Notes: a model not told the origin generated them from the letters alone. DNA of 64,000 bases from Mobula birostris (GCF_030028105.1 NC_092371.1:13971884-14035883), one strand, 5' to 3'; shown: positions 49,374-61,000, numbered from the stretch's first letter. Program-made: numbers and translations.

Positions 49374-51956
49374 ATAACATAAGAACTAGGAGCCGGAGTA
49401 GGCCACCTGGCTCGTCGGGCCTGCTCCGCCATTCAATAAAATCATGGCTGATCCGACCATGGTCTTATCTCCATCTACCCGCCTTTTCCCCAGAACCTTT
49501 AATTCCCTTTACTGTACAAAACTCTATCCAAAGTTGACTTTAATATATTTCTGAGGTAGCCTCCATTGCATTGTTAGAACTTTCATCCTCTTATACACAT
49601 AGCCCTTCCCGTAAAGGAAGTCCTTCTGTTAAAATCACTGCTGTACCTGTACCTGCACATTTTGTTCATGTTCTCAGTCCATACGGCCATAAAGCACAGC
49701 AGCACTGAAACACACACAACATGTTGGATGTACTCAGCAAGTTAGGCAGTATCCATGGAAAGAGTAAGGAGTCGACGATTCGGGCCGAGACTCTCCTTCA
49801 GTCCAGGACATTTCCATAGATGCTGGCTGAGCTGCTGAACTCTTCCAGCATTTTGTGTGCGCTGTTTTGGATTTCCAGCATCTGTAGACTATCTGGTGTT
49901 TGCGAATTATCATTCTGCTCATCGAACTGCATCGAGGTAACAACCCTCCACACCCCTCCTATCCATGTATGTAGTTATGCAAACCTCTCTCAAGTCTTAA
50001 AATCAGACTCAAGCTCACCACTTCCGCTGGCATCTCATTCTACACTCACGCCACTCTCTGAGTGGAGAAGCTCCCCCTCAGGTTCCCCTTAGGTATTTCA
50101 TCTTTCACCCTTAACCCATGCCCCCCAGTTCTAGTCTCACCCAACTTCAGGGGTAAAAGCTTACTTTCATTGGCCGTATCTATATCCCTCGTCATTTTGA
50201 ATGACTCTATCAAATCTCCCCCCATTCTCCTGCGCTGCAGGGAGTAAAGTTCTAACTTCTTCTAGTTTAATAACAAATGGCCTTTCACTCCTAACACTTT
50301 CCCACTTTGTAAAGGAACCTCAGCCATTCATCAATCCCACCGCCCCTTTGCAGGCAGGTTGGGCTCTCCTCAAAACTTGCGAATCTACTTATCGCCGGTG
50401 GGATGAAGCAGGGAAGGAGAAGAGAATGCGAGCACGGAGCAGAGGGGCCCTGAGCCTCTGAGCTGTTGCTGCCTGCGGTATCTCCCCCGACTGCCATGAT
50501 TGGCTCTGACACGTACCAGGTGGGGAGGAAATGGGTCCAGATGTTGAGCGTCTCGTTCGTCATTTGGAAGGTGCTAAGGAGGCAGTCCTTGGCAGAGCTC
50601 TGTGGGTTACGGTAGCCGCTCACAATTCCATCCTCTCGGAAAACCTGGGGAGGTGGGTGAGGTGGCAGCACAGAGAAGACAAAGTTATGGCAGTCCAAAA
50701 TTTCCCCAGAACCCCTCGCACTGGAAATCCCCGAAGCTCCCCACAGCCCAGGAAGCGCTAGACACGGGATTGGCTAATTTATGCACAGCACGATCCCACA
50801 GATAGCAACGCGACTCTTCGTAAGTGCTCTAGTGAAGACTACAGGATGAATATTGGGCCCAAACTTTTGATTTACCACCATTGCTCACTCTAACCCTTCC
50901 AACAGGTTGATGGGAGAATGGTTCTAAAATAAAATCAAACTTCGCAAGTCCCAAAGTACAGCACTCCTTCCTCTCCGCAACCACGGTGTGACACTCCCTC
51001 AGTATCTCCTCTCCCACAACGTTCCCTTCCCCCAGTATAGCTTAACGCCAGTAGTTCAAGACTGAGACTTAAAATCTCAAAGTTGAACAAACTAACGCCC
51101 TTCGGACTGAATGTTGGTCAGCAGAACGTGGCAGACACAGACCACTGGAATATGCTCAGGATAAGAAATATTTGTGATATCTTTTTCTGTGTTTTGTGTT
51201 TGTTTTTGTTATTCACAACTGAAGTGTTACGTATTAATGTCTGGTGAATGTGTGTGGTTGTGAGCAAATATGTGTACAGATGTGTGTATGAGCGAGAGCG
51301 GGAAGTGGGGGGGGGGAGAGAGAGAGAGAGACGGGGGGGGGGGGGCGGGGGAAGGTTATCTAGTGACTCGCTGACAGACCTAACAGACTGACTTTGGAAA
51401 CCTGCTGTCTGCTGTGAGGAGACTCCAGGTGGTGAGTGCCAGAATCTAAACTGTGAATTGGCAAAAAATGAATGGGGAACATTGATAAAGCAATTTAACA
51501 ATTGAACTAAAAATGTATCCAAAGATATGTGGACAAGTTTAACAGAAGAAGTAAATTGAATACAGAATATTGTTTTGGAGTTACAGAACTCAGAAACGGG
51601 CCCTTCGGCCCATAATGTATATGCCGACCATACCATATCCATCTACACTCGTCCCCTTACCAGTACTTGATCTTTAGCCTTCTAGGCCTCACAAATTCTA
51701 ATCCTTGTCTGACGAAGGGTCTCGGATCGAAACGTCGACTGTACCTCTTCCTATAGATGCTGCCTGGCCTGCTGCGTTCACCAGCATTTTTTATGCGTGA
51801 TCCTTGCCTTGATCTACTTTGATTGACGCATTGAAATCAATGTGTGGGTTAACTCTCTGTATTAGAGATTTTTTTTAGAGCAGATACCCGTTACCTTGGA
51901 CTTACTTTGGGTACTTGGTGATTGCTTAATAAGTGGGGCAACTTAACAGTTAACAT
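32839..51956 (-). CDS. PAQR6: Progestin and adipoQ receptor family member 6 (mPR-delta); spliced CDS join(51906-51956, 50517-50644, 48011-48216, 37353-37479, 36349-36445, 35454-35598, 32839-33110), 1026 nt, 341 aa
   Basis: Seven exons (51, 128, 206, 127, 97, 145, 272 nt) with GT-AG boundaries and compatible phases. They translate to MLTVKLPHLLSNHQVPK-VFREDG...NETLNIWTH...SSCAHTF...DYGALSLY...YPFLFDNLPLFHR...SHLPERLAPG...HSHQLFH...GTHFQLEA. All PAQR signature motifs are present. YPFLFDNLPLF and GTHFQLEA match PAQR6 rather than PAQR5 (from recalled sequences). Confidence 0.93.
33860..34445 (+). mobile_element. Probable RTE-clade LINE 5'-region fragment
   Basis: Recalled similarity only (ggagaaagaaaactctgatttcaaacctccgctgccttg...); no ORF motif confirmed. 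Confidence 0.4.
35006..35082 (+). repeat. Alternating purine-pyrimidine (GC/GT)n microsatellite
   Basis: gtgtgcgtgtgcgcgtgcgcgcgcg...(gt)n. Confidence 0.9.
35454..35598 (-). CDS. PAQR6: PAQR6 coding exon 6 (LFLCWG...SHLPERLAPGCFDYI)
   Basis: cccacag| acceptor, G|gtgagt donor, 145 nt; PERxxPG motif. Confidence 0.92.
36349..36445 (-). CDS. PAQR6: PAQR6 coding exon 5 (FLEVEQPRLSKTFRLTAFTYPFLFDNLPLFHR)
   Basis: tctcag| acceptor, AGG|gtaaga donor, 97 nt. Confidence 0.92.
36470..37150 (-). mobile_element. CR1 3' fragment in a PAQR6 intron
   Basis: LYKTLVRPILEYCIQFWS ORF and aacatag tail. Confidence 0.8.
37353..37479 (-). CDS. PAQR6: PAQR6 coding exon 4 (GCAITY...LSCYSR)
   Basis: tttcacag| acceptor, AG|gtaggc donor, 127 nt. 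Confidence 0.92.
37590..38285 (+). repeat. Compound (AG/AGAC/AGAT)n low-complexity tract
   Basis: Read directly. Confidence 0.9.
38880..39125 (+). mobile_element. tRNA-derived SINE
   Basis: GCGTAGCGGTTAG...GGAGTTCAATTCC A/B boxes. Confidence 0.65.
39630..40075 (+). repeat. Purine-rich (GA)n low-complexity tract
   Basis: Read directly. Confidence 0.85.
40080..46600. mobile_element. Stack of CR1 fragments (RT, EN, ORF1 esterase; mostly minus strand, with a plus-strand 3' end at ~44170-44650)
   Basis: ORFs 41471-42488 (RT), 43423-43885, 45019-45471 (LYLNARSI, EN), 45646-45876 (esterase-like), 44056-44589 (3' end). Confidence 0.8.
40535..40898 (-). mobile_element. Short solo-LTR-like insertion
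   Basis: TGTCATGAG...CGACA ends on the minus strand; interrupts a CR1 3' fragment; weak TSD (CGTGA/TTTGA). Confidence 0.5.
46800..47480 (+). mobile_element. Rex1/Babar-like 3' fragment with an inserted Penelope-type remnant (~47065-47250)
   Basis: GRRYKNLKAHTTKLKDSLYPTAIR translation, interrupted by gaatctgcagatgctgg... sequence. Confidence 0.6.
47815..47972 (-). mobile_element. tRNA-derived SINE
   Basis: Minus strand GTAGCGTAGGAGCTAGC...GGGTTCAATCCC. Confidence 0.6.
48011..48216 (-). CDS. PAQR6: PAQR6 coding exon 3 (YFLWRLL...SSCAHTF...DYGALSLYSL)
   Basis: ggcag| acceptor, G|gtacgt donor, 206 nt; SxxxH and DY motifs. Confidence 0.93.
48780..49210 (+). repeat. Degenerate ~17-20-bp pyrimidine-rich tandem repeat (ctgt(g)taacctcct..gac)
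   Basis: Recurrent tgtaacctc/gacctgtg units; period not exact. Confidence 0.6.
49328..49369 (+). repeat. (GT)n microsatellite
   Basis: Read directly. Confidence 0.95.
50517..50644 (-). CDS. PAQR6: PAQR6 coding exon 2 (VFREDG...NETLNIWTHFLPTW)
   Basis: cccag| acceptor, TG|gtacgt donor, 128 nt; ExxxNxxxH motif. Confidence 0.93.
51703..51790 (+). mobile_element. Penelope-like terminal-repeat remnant with a minimal hammerhead ribozyme core
   Basis: CTGACGA-AGGGTCTCGGATC-GAAAC-GTC-GACT followed by gatgctgcctggcctgctg. Related remnants at ~10985-11015, 30560-30690, 36185-36290, 47065-47250, 49700-49890. Confidence 0.6.
51906..51956 (-). CDS. PAQR6: PAQR6 coding exon 1 (MLTVKLPHLLSNHQVPK)
   Basis: ATG at 51956, 51 nt, donor AAA|GTAAGT; resembles the PAQR5/6 N-terminus MLSLKLP. 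Confidence 0.88.
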
Positions 51957-52149
51957 CTTGGAGTCCTGTGTCCATACACAAAACCTGTACCAGAGGATCA
52001 CCGAAGTTGTCGGGTGCCTCACCTCACCTTCTCTTCCTCAGCTCCATTGCTGCCCTGTGGAATTCACAGCAGAGATAGGTTAGAACAAAGGACGAGAGCG
52101 TGAAGTCCCAAACAGTAAATCAAGCACACTCATACACGCAGTATCTCCA

Positions 52150-53950
52150 ACAACGATCATGGAGCAGGATTGGGATATGGCATCACGCAACGTTGGATCT
52201 TGAGAGAGAGAGAGGGCTTCCAGTAATACCATGGGCTCTTAACTTGGCAAGCAGCCTCATGCATGGCACCTTGTCAAAGGCCTTCTGAAAGTCTAAATAT
52301 ACAAGATCCACTGCAGCCCATTTATTTATCCTACTTGTAATCTCCTTAAAGAATTCCAACAGGTTCGTCAGGCAAGATTTTTCCTTAAGGAAATCATGCC
52401 GACTTTGTCCTATCTTGTCCCGCATCTCCAAGGACTCCATAACCTCATCCTTAACATTTGACTCCAACATCTTCTCAACTACTGAGGTCAGGCTAACTCG
52501 CCTATAATTTCCTTTCTGCTGCTTTCCTCTTTCCTTAAAGACCGCAGTGAAGTTTGCAATGTTCCACTTCCCCGGCAGCATGCCAGATTTCAATGATTTT
52601 TGAAAGATCATTTCTAATGCCTCCATAATGTCTACCGCTACCTCTTTCAGAACCCTAGGGTGCAGTTCATCTGGCCCTGGGTACTTATATACTCTTAGGT
52701 CTTTCAGCTTTTTGAGCACCTTCTCCTTTGTAATAGTAATTGCACTCACTTCTCGTCGCTACACCTTTCAACAGCTAGCACACTGCTAGTGTCTTCCACA
52801 GTGAAGACTGATGCAAAATACTCATTTAGTTCATCTACTATTCTTTCTCTAGCCTCATTTTCCCATGGGTCCTATATCCACTCTCATCTCTTTCTTTTTT
52901 TAAATACTTGAAAAAGGCTTTTACTATCCACTTCCATATTGTTTGCTGGCTTGCTTACATATTTCATTTTTTCCCACCTCATGATTCTTTTAGTTGCCCT
53001 CTGTGGGTTTTTAAAAGCTTCACAATCCTCTGTCTTCCCACTAATATTTGCTTTGTTATATGCTCTGTCTTTTACTTTTACAATAGTTTTGACTTCCCTT
53101 GTCATCCACGGTTGTACTATTTTCCCATTTGACTATTTCCTTGTTGTTGGCATACATCTATCCTACAACTTCCTCATTTTCCCCAGAATCTCAGCCATTG
53201 CTGCCCTGCTGGCATTCCTGCCGGCATCTCCTTCCAACTTCCTTCGGTCAACTCCTCTCTCATACCATTGAAATTTCCTTTACTCCACTGAAATAGTGTT
53301 CCGTCAGACCTTACTTTCTACCTATCAAATTTTAAGTTGAATTCAATTATATTGTGATATCTGTCTTCTAAGGATTCCTTTACCTTAAGCTCCCTTTTCA
53401 CCTCCAGTTCATTACATAACACCCAATCCAGGAAAGCTAATCTCTTCGAAGGCTCAACAGCAAACCGCTCTAAAACGCCATCTCCTATGCATGCAACAAA
53501 CTCTCTTTCTTGAGAACCATTACCAACTTGATTTTCCCAATCGATGTGCATATTGAAGTCTCTCACGGTTATTACTTTTGACACGCCTTTTCGATTTCTC
53601 CTTGTAATCTGTGGTCCACATCCCAGCTAATGTTGGGAGGCCTTGTATATAACTGCCATTAGGGTCCTTTTGCCCTTACAGTTACGTAACACATCCCACA
53701 ATGATTCAACAACTTCCGATCCTATGCCACATCTTTCTACTGATTTGATGCCATTCTTTACAAGTGGAAGCACAACACCTCCTCTGCCTACTTTCCTATC
53801 CCTCCGATACACATGTAACCTTGAACATTCAGCTCCCAACTACAACATTCTTTCAGCCACGATTTCAGTGATAACCTCAACATCATACCTGACAATCTGT
53901 GATCGTGCAACAGGATCATCCACCTTATTTCTTATCCTCCGTGCATTGTG
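52150..53950 (-). mobile_element. Degraded CR1 ORF2 (EN-linker-RT start)
   Basis: KYPGPDELHPRVLKE, NYRRVSLTS, SCLTNLLEFF at 52183-52749. Confidence 0.85.
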
Positions 53951-54949
53951 CCCCAGTGACTCCGTGTGTTAGATCTGGATATTTCAATACAATTTACTAT
54001 ATGCCTACAACTCACCAGAGGCTGCTGGCTAATTAGGCGAACATTATTTTTATCAAAATAAACTTTACCTGTAAAGAAAAAATACAAGAATAATCCGGCC
54101 AATACCTTTTCATTCTTACGTTCCTAATCAATGTTTTAAGTACTGTTCTATTTCATTCCTTTAATACCAATTGGACTGTGGGCATTTATGTGGCCCCCTG
54201 GGGGTGGTATACTACTGAAAAAGTGAGATGCTTACGCATCCAGTCCGGGCCTTCTCTCCAGTGACGGAAGAACCCTACAGTGCGCTCCTCCCTTTCCGAG
54301 CTCTTGTAGTAACTGCTCCAACTTCAGTGCGTCACTTAGCACGTACCCGTGCAACCCGGAATGCACCAGCCCATTGTCCCTGATTTACTGGAACTGAGTT
54401 AATTTCATGGGGGCATTTGAACACCAGCGATATCTTTCTGGATCCTTGGTGACAGTCTGGATGAAGCAAGAATGTCAGATTTACTCCTGATTCATCAGTA
54501 AACTAGGTGTGATCTACGCGAGGCAACCATGGATACTAGTTTTAAACGTGTTCAGACTTATTTATTTCAGTAAGTTTTAAATCCACAGCTGACCAGAGGG
54601 GATTCGAACTCTCGTCTTCGGGGCAGCGGCCGGGCCTGGTAGCTCTCAGGAACAGATCTAATCACGTGGCACTCTCTTGGTTTCATCTGACAATCTGGAC
54701 CACCCCTCCGATAGCCTGCTCCAATCATTCCCATCCCGCTGCCATCAGGACGACCGCATGTTCCCACCTCCGAAATCACCGGATCTCCCCATCTCCTCCC
54801 GCCACGCCCCTCCTGACAAACTTCAACCATCCCCTGCCCTCATACCTCCTGACGCCTGTCACTACAAGAACTTTATCTCCTGTTCCACTTAGGGTAAAGT
54901 TTGAAAGCAGCAAGTTTCCAACGGCGAAGTCCCTACTGGATATTTTAAG

Positions 54950-55620
54950 TAAATTTTTCGCAGGGAAAGAGAACATATTGCACCCGCGCAGTCAGCTTCT
55001 TTCTCGCGCAAACAGTTTCAGCGGTTAAACGTTTCCGCTGAGTCGTACACTTCAGGGAAACGGTCTGAAAAGGGCTCAACGGGGTCTCACCGGTATGCAG
55101 AACGGGGAGTCACCTCCTCCTATTCGGGACTACTCGTCCCGCGGGGATCGTGGCGTTTCATGGTGCCTGTTGGGAACGGCTTTACGGATCAAACTGGCCA
55201 ACTGTCCGCTCACCGCGTCTGTGTCATTGGGAATCAGTCGCCGCCTTCTGGAAGAGGGCTGATTGGAGGAAATGTAAAGACGGGGCCCCTTGTTTTCCTA
55301 GGAGCTGCCGGAAAAGAAAACAGCCGCTTAAAGGGGCAGTGTCCCTCCTCCATCCCTGTCGCTGCAAACGACAGGATTGACTGCTGCGGTTTCAGGGGAC
55401 AACTAGCACTTCTTTAGAAATCCAGTCGCCAGAATTTTAAAGGGTCTGTCCACTCTGTCTGTATTCTAACCCGATTCAACAGTACCGTGTTGCCACTCCG
55501 GGAAACCTCCCTTTCCCATTAAAGGGGCAGGGTCTTCTTTCATCTGGTTCCTCATACTCCGGTGGATGGCCTCCTGCAAAGGGACAACGACCTACCACAA
55601 TCGCCCAGCTAGCGATTGAA
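54950..55620 (-). promoter_or_regulatory. CpG-rich non-repetitive island; candidate PAQR6 promoter and non-coding first exon
   Basis: Raised CpG density; CCAAT motifs near 55230-55265; minus-strand donor-like sites GCG|GTGAGC (~55213) and CCG|GTGAGA (~55090); 3 kb upstream of the PAQR6 ATG. Confidence 0.35.
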
Positions 55621-55789
55621 GAGAGATCCGAAGCAACTCACAAAGGAACTGGAGCAACTCAACGGGTCAGGCAGTATCTGTGGAGGAAAGTGGACAGTGC
55701 AAATTTCTTGTCGATACCCTTTATCTGTGCTACCAATGAAGACAGATCGTCCCCGAAATATACAGCCCCCAGTTCCCCACGTGAACATG

Positions 55790-56230
55790 ATCTTATTACA
55801 CGAAATAAAGGTGTTGTTAAAATATTGGTAACAGTATTAGTTTATTATTGTGACATGTACCAAGATATCGTTGAAAGCTTGACCTGTGTACTCTTTAGAC
55901 AGATCAAATCACTACACAATGCACTAAGGTAGTACGAGGTACAATTACAATGTGGAATAAAGTGTAGCAGCTACAGAGAAAGCGCAGTGCGGGTAGACAA
56001 TGAAGTACAAATAATATCCGGAAAGCCAGAAGTCCATCCACACAAGAGGTCCGCACAGGAGTCTCATAACAGTGGATAGAAGCTGCCCTTGGGCCTGGTG
56101 GTACGTGCTTGCATGGCTTTTGTATCTTCCGCCCGTTGGGAGAGTGAAGAAGAGAGAATGTCCGGGGTGGGTGGGGTCTTTCATTATGTTTACTGAGGGT
56201 GGTTTCCGTGGTATTCTGAGCTCTGTTCAC
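55790..56230 (-). mobile_element. Rex1/Babar-like 3' fragment
   Basis: MKDPTHPGHSLFFTLPTGGRYKS ORF. Confidence 0.65.
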
Positions 56231-56936
56231 AATTCTCTACAGTTTCTCCTGGCTCTAGTTATGGCGTCCGCCATAGACCTGTTTCGGCGGTAGGTGAATT
56301 GCAGCCGGTGGAGATTGTCCAGAAAGCTGGGGTGGATACGGGCCATGAAGAGGCTGGCGGAACTTTTCATGATGCCGGATGTCAAAGCCGCAGTTGTGGT
56401 GGTCTTTAAGGCACGTCATTTTAAGTACTTAAGTACTGGAATGATAGTGGTTACTTAAAGGAGGAGGGAACTAAACCAATGCAGGGAGAGGTTGAAGTTT
56501 CCTGTCATTTGATCCCTATAGAATCTAACGTCATGGCGAAATACACAATCCGGGTCCAGTTCAATCAGTATGAACTAGAAAGAGCTTAAAAGGATGTTGT
56601 ATTGATTTGAGGACACGAGTTACAGGGGAAGTTTGAGTAGGGTAGGACAGTTCTCTGGAATGTTAGAAATTGAAAAGTGACCTGACAGGTATATAAGATC
56701 ATGAGCGGCGAAGGCAAGGCGAAAACACGCCGTCTTTTTTCCACCTAACGGGCGCTAAGAAGAGGACATAGGTTTAAGATCAGATGCGAGAGATTTAAAA
56801 CGAGAATCAGGGATGCTTTTTCACGCAAAGGGTGCTGCGTATTTTAAAGGAGCTGCCAGAAACTGTGTCGAGGCGAGTACATTAACAAAGTTTAAAAGCC
56901 ATCTAGAAAAGTAGAAGGATAGGAGAGGGTTACAGG

Positions 56937-56938
<2 letters not shown>

Positions 56939-56978
<40 letters not shown>

Positions 56979-56997
56979 AGTGTGTGTGTGTGTGTGT
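56939..56997 (+). repeat. (CT)n(GT)n compound microsatellite
   Basis: Read directly. Confidence 0.95.
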
Positions 56998-58051
56998 TTT
57001 TATACATGTGATCTGATTTTCGATCAAGATAATAGAACCACTTAGTGCAATCAAACACTCAGTATAATTGGTTTATTATTGTACCCAGCAACAATGAAAA
57101 AAAATCTTTCTTTCCCGTTCATTCCAGAAAGATCGTTTCATCACATCAGTACAACTCCCACTGGTTACTGGCAATGTACTCCATGCCAGCCTCCTCCCCC
57201 CACCCTGCTCAACATTTAACTTCATCCCTCTCCTCGTTAACCTTCTGTTTAACTTCAACTTCTGTGTAAATACTTCAACGAGCTGCGCTGCCCACTGTGC
57301 GGTCTTCAGGCGAGAAGTTAAACTGAAGCCCGCCTATTCATGGCCACTCCACTGAAACAAGAGAAAGTGACCCCTTTCCGTCCTTGGAGCCAATATCTAT
57401 CAATCCAGACCAGACACCATTACATGGCCGGTTTGTGGGAGCTTTCTGTGTAAATATTGCTCGATGCCTTTGCAACTTTGCAACCTCGATTAGAAAAACA
57501 AACTCCGTTGTGTATTAAACAACTCGGGCACATAAAAGGCCTGAAACATGTTAGAAACGTCCTTGGCCGCCTCCAACACAACCATCGCCGCCTGGAAACA
57601 TCGCCAAAACCACTTCAGCAAACACTTTTAGATTTAAAATTAACCCCGACAAGGTATCCGCCCACCCCACTGTATATACTTCTCTGGCGTAAGATTTCCT
57701 GTACTAATTAGGCCTTCATGATAAATCTAACTAGAGTCCTGTCCATAGTTTCACACCACAGGGTTAGCACGATGTAGAGTGCTTTGAGTGTGGTCAGACC
57801 GACGCGAGTAGACGTATATATTTTTTTATGTGTTTGCAAACCGTGTTCCATCTGCGTGTACCTGGCCCCGCGTAAACAGGAAACCCGCAGAACGCCTCTA
57901 CCTTTTTCCAATACAACCGAACATTTACTAATAAGCATTACGTTTGATTTTCATCAATTACAAAGGATCTGACCCCTCCCTTGCACCGATCTTACAAACC
58001 GATGAACACGCGTCTGCGATTGACACCCGGAGTTTAACTCGGTCACGAACA

Positions 58052-58094
58052 ATGAGATGCTTCGCGGTCTTCGCGCTCTCTTACCTACTGCAAG
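58052..58094 (+). CDS. Leader exon [14 protein letters not shown](V)
   Basis: 43-nt hydrophobic exon ending CAAG|GTAAGT in phase 1, the typical Ig/TCR split-leader layout. Confidence 0.82.
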
Positions 58095-61000
58095 GTAAGT
58101 GACCAGAATTTCCAGCAGAGAAGAGCTTGGGCAGCTGATTCAGAGGAAATGTTGATCGTTAATTAACTGAAGGGATTTGGTAGAATAAATAAGGGGATTG
58201 TAATACCGGAGGGCATGCAGTTAAGTTGAAAGGGGGTAGATTTGAAGTAGATGTGCGGGGTAGATAATGGTGGTGCCTGGAAAGCGCTGGGGTGGTGGCA
58301 GAGCCAGACACATTAGGAACTTTTAAAATACATTTAGATAGGCTCATTGATGCGAGCAAAATAGCCGTTGTGTCGGCAGAAAAGATTAGATGGCCATTTG
58401 ACTATTAATTTAATTGGTTCGACACAAAAGGGCCCGTTACTGTGCTGTACTGTTCTATATTCTATGTTGATATTTAAATTTAACTACCGACAGCCGATAA
58501 TCAGAGAAAGCAGAAGGTAGAATTAGGAAGGTAGATTACTCGGGAGAGATGGTGCGGTAAATTTATTCCTACCCCACCAGGGAATGAAATAACTGGAATG
58601 ATTTCCAAAGGAGTTTTAAGAAAGGAATTATGGGACTAGAGCAGCGGGTGGTACAACTGTACAGACTGAGCATACTGCTCTTTCTGTGTTCCAAAGTCTC
58701 AATTCGTAATAAGATGGCGCGGTGAAGTCGCTGTGTCATCCGTGAGAGGACAACATCTGTGATTAAATTTTCCTTTTTTTAGTTTGTGTGTCTCAGGTCG
58801 CCTTGTTCCAGTCTCCGCCGATTCAGACCGTCCGTGTCGGAGGTCGGGCCGTCCTGAATTGCAGCCGGGACCTCGGTGTGCTTGCTTTTATACACTGGTA
58901 TAAACGGAGCGACCAAAGGCATCTGCAGTTCGTTGCCAGGGTGGGCAGATTCGTGGAAGCAGAGGGAAGGTTCTCGGGGCAGGTGGACGAAAAATCAGCC
59001 ACTTACTCCCTGGTGATAGAAAACGTCCAGCGAAATGATTCTGGGATCTACTTCTGCGCAGCCCAGCTCTATGGCGAGTTCGGCAATGGATCCAAACTAG
59101 TGGTCACAGGTAACTCGTCGTAACAACTTCATACATTTCTTTTTCAAAGTCCATCACCCCTGTTGGGCATAGCGCTGAAAGCAGCTCGCAGAGTCTTCTA
59201 TCCTGGGTCACTTTCATATTGTCCCCGTGTGTAGCCCACTTTCGAAGGACCTTCTTCTCCCGGGGAGCTTCTGTTTGCGTTACTGTAGCACTGGAGTAAT
59301 ACGGGATGGGGTTGCGAATCCCATGTCCAGCCCTACTCCTTTCGTTGCCGGGCGTAGGACTGTACACGGCGGCGTTTGCTGGGGCCCAGAGGGTACGTAG
59401 AAAGTACAATAAGTACGTTCAGAAATGAGACGGGGATTTGCGATGCTGTTGGAAGTGCGGAGATTAGGTTTGAGCTACAGAGCCATACTGATGAGGTTAA
59501 TTGAGTCTGATTCAGAGATACAGCACGGCATCAGTCTCTTTCAATTACAGTACCAGTTAATTTTCACGTCTTTAGAATGTGGGAGGAAATCAGAGCACTC
59601 GGAGGAAATCTACGCATTCTCGTACTAACCCTTACAGGTAGCGACGGGGATTGAACCACAGTCTTACCGTTGGCTCACTAACGAGTTGCCATAACCGCTA
59701 CGCTACCGTGGCTCCCTTAAAGGTGGTCAGAACAATGGCAGATGAAGTTTAAATCTGAGAAATTCGAAGTGAAGTATTTAGGAAGGTCGGAAACAGATAT
59801 AATGAACGGCAGTACCAAAGGCGACTTGGAGACGAGGTGGTGAAGCGAACATACCAAATACTTGTCTTCAGTTGCCGCGGAATAGAATCTAAGAGCAAGG
59901 AAGTGCGTATATTCAAACTGTGTAACACTTTAATCAAACCAAAATTGGAGTCGTGTACTAAAATTGGAGGCTGGACATTAAACTATAGCAGGGGCGCGAT
60001 TGCGCTGGAGAGGATGCTGAGAATTCAACCTTCTGGCTCGTCAGTTTGGCGAAGTGTCAGCTGGGAAGCGGTTTTGAAATTGTGGCCGTGATTCCACATA
60101 TTTCAAGTGGGTTTGGAATGCAAAAGTTCACATGAACCAGAAATCAACTGGGCAAATCCGTGTTCATTAGTATTAGACAGGAGCTGGATGGAGTTGAATG
60201 GGAGGACCCGCTTGCTGGTAAGTCCATATGTGTATGGAAGGAGAAATGGGAAGAGCTCAGGGCCAACATGTTCCTGTAAGGGTAAAAGGTGGAGGTCATA
60301 ATCTCAGGGAACCATGGACGACAAGTTTTTGAAGATGGATAAAAATAAAGGAATGCAGTCCAAGGAATGCAGTCCAAGAGTGGACAAACGTTCCTCAGAT
60401 GTTAACCCTCTCATTCCCGATATCATTCTAGTGAATCTTCTCTGTACCCTCTCCAACGTCAGCACATCTTTTCTTAAATAAGAAGACCAAAACTGCCCAC
60501 AGTACTCCAAGTGAGGTCTCACCAGCGCCTTATAGAGCCTCAACATCACATCCCTGCTCCTATACTCTATTCCTCTCGAAATGAATGCCAACATTGCATT
60601 CGCCTTCTTCACCACCGACTCAACCTGGAGGTTAACCTTAAGGATATCCTGTACGAAGATTCCGAAGACCCGTTGCATCTCAGAACTTTGAATTCTTTCC
60701 CCATTTAAATAATAGTCTGCCCGTTTATTTCTTTTGCCAAAGTGCATAACCATACACTTTCCAACATTGGATTTCATTTGCCACTTCTTTGCCCATTCTT
60801 CCTATCTATCCAAGTCTCTCTGCAGACTCTCTGTTTCCTCAGCACTACCGGCCCCTCCACCTATCTTCGTATCGTCAACACACTTAGCCACAAAGCCATC
60901 TATTCCATATCCAAATCGTTGATGTACAATGTAAAAAGAAGCGGCCCCAACGCGGACCCCTGTGGAACACCACTGGTAACCGGCAGCCAACCAGAATAGG

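Noticed and set aside
59104-59409. 101-aa minus-strand ORF or extra exon just after the V exon
   Set aside because: No Ig or other motif, and the phase-1 reading from the nearby acceptor (59149) stops after a few codons.
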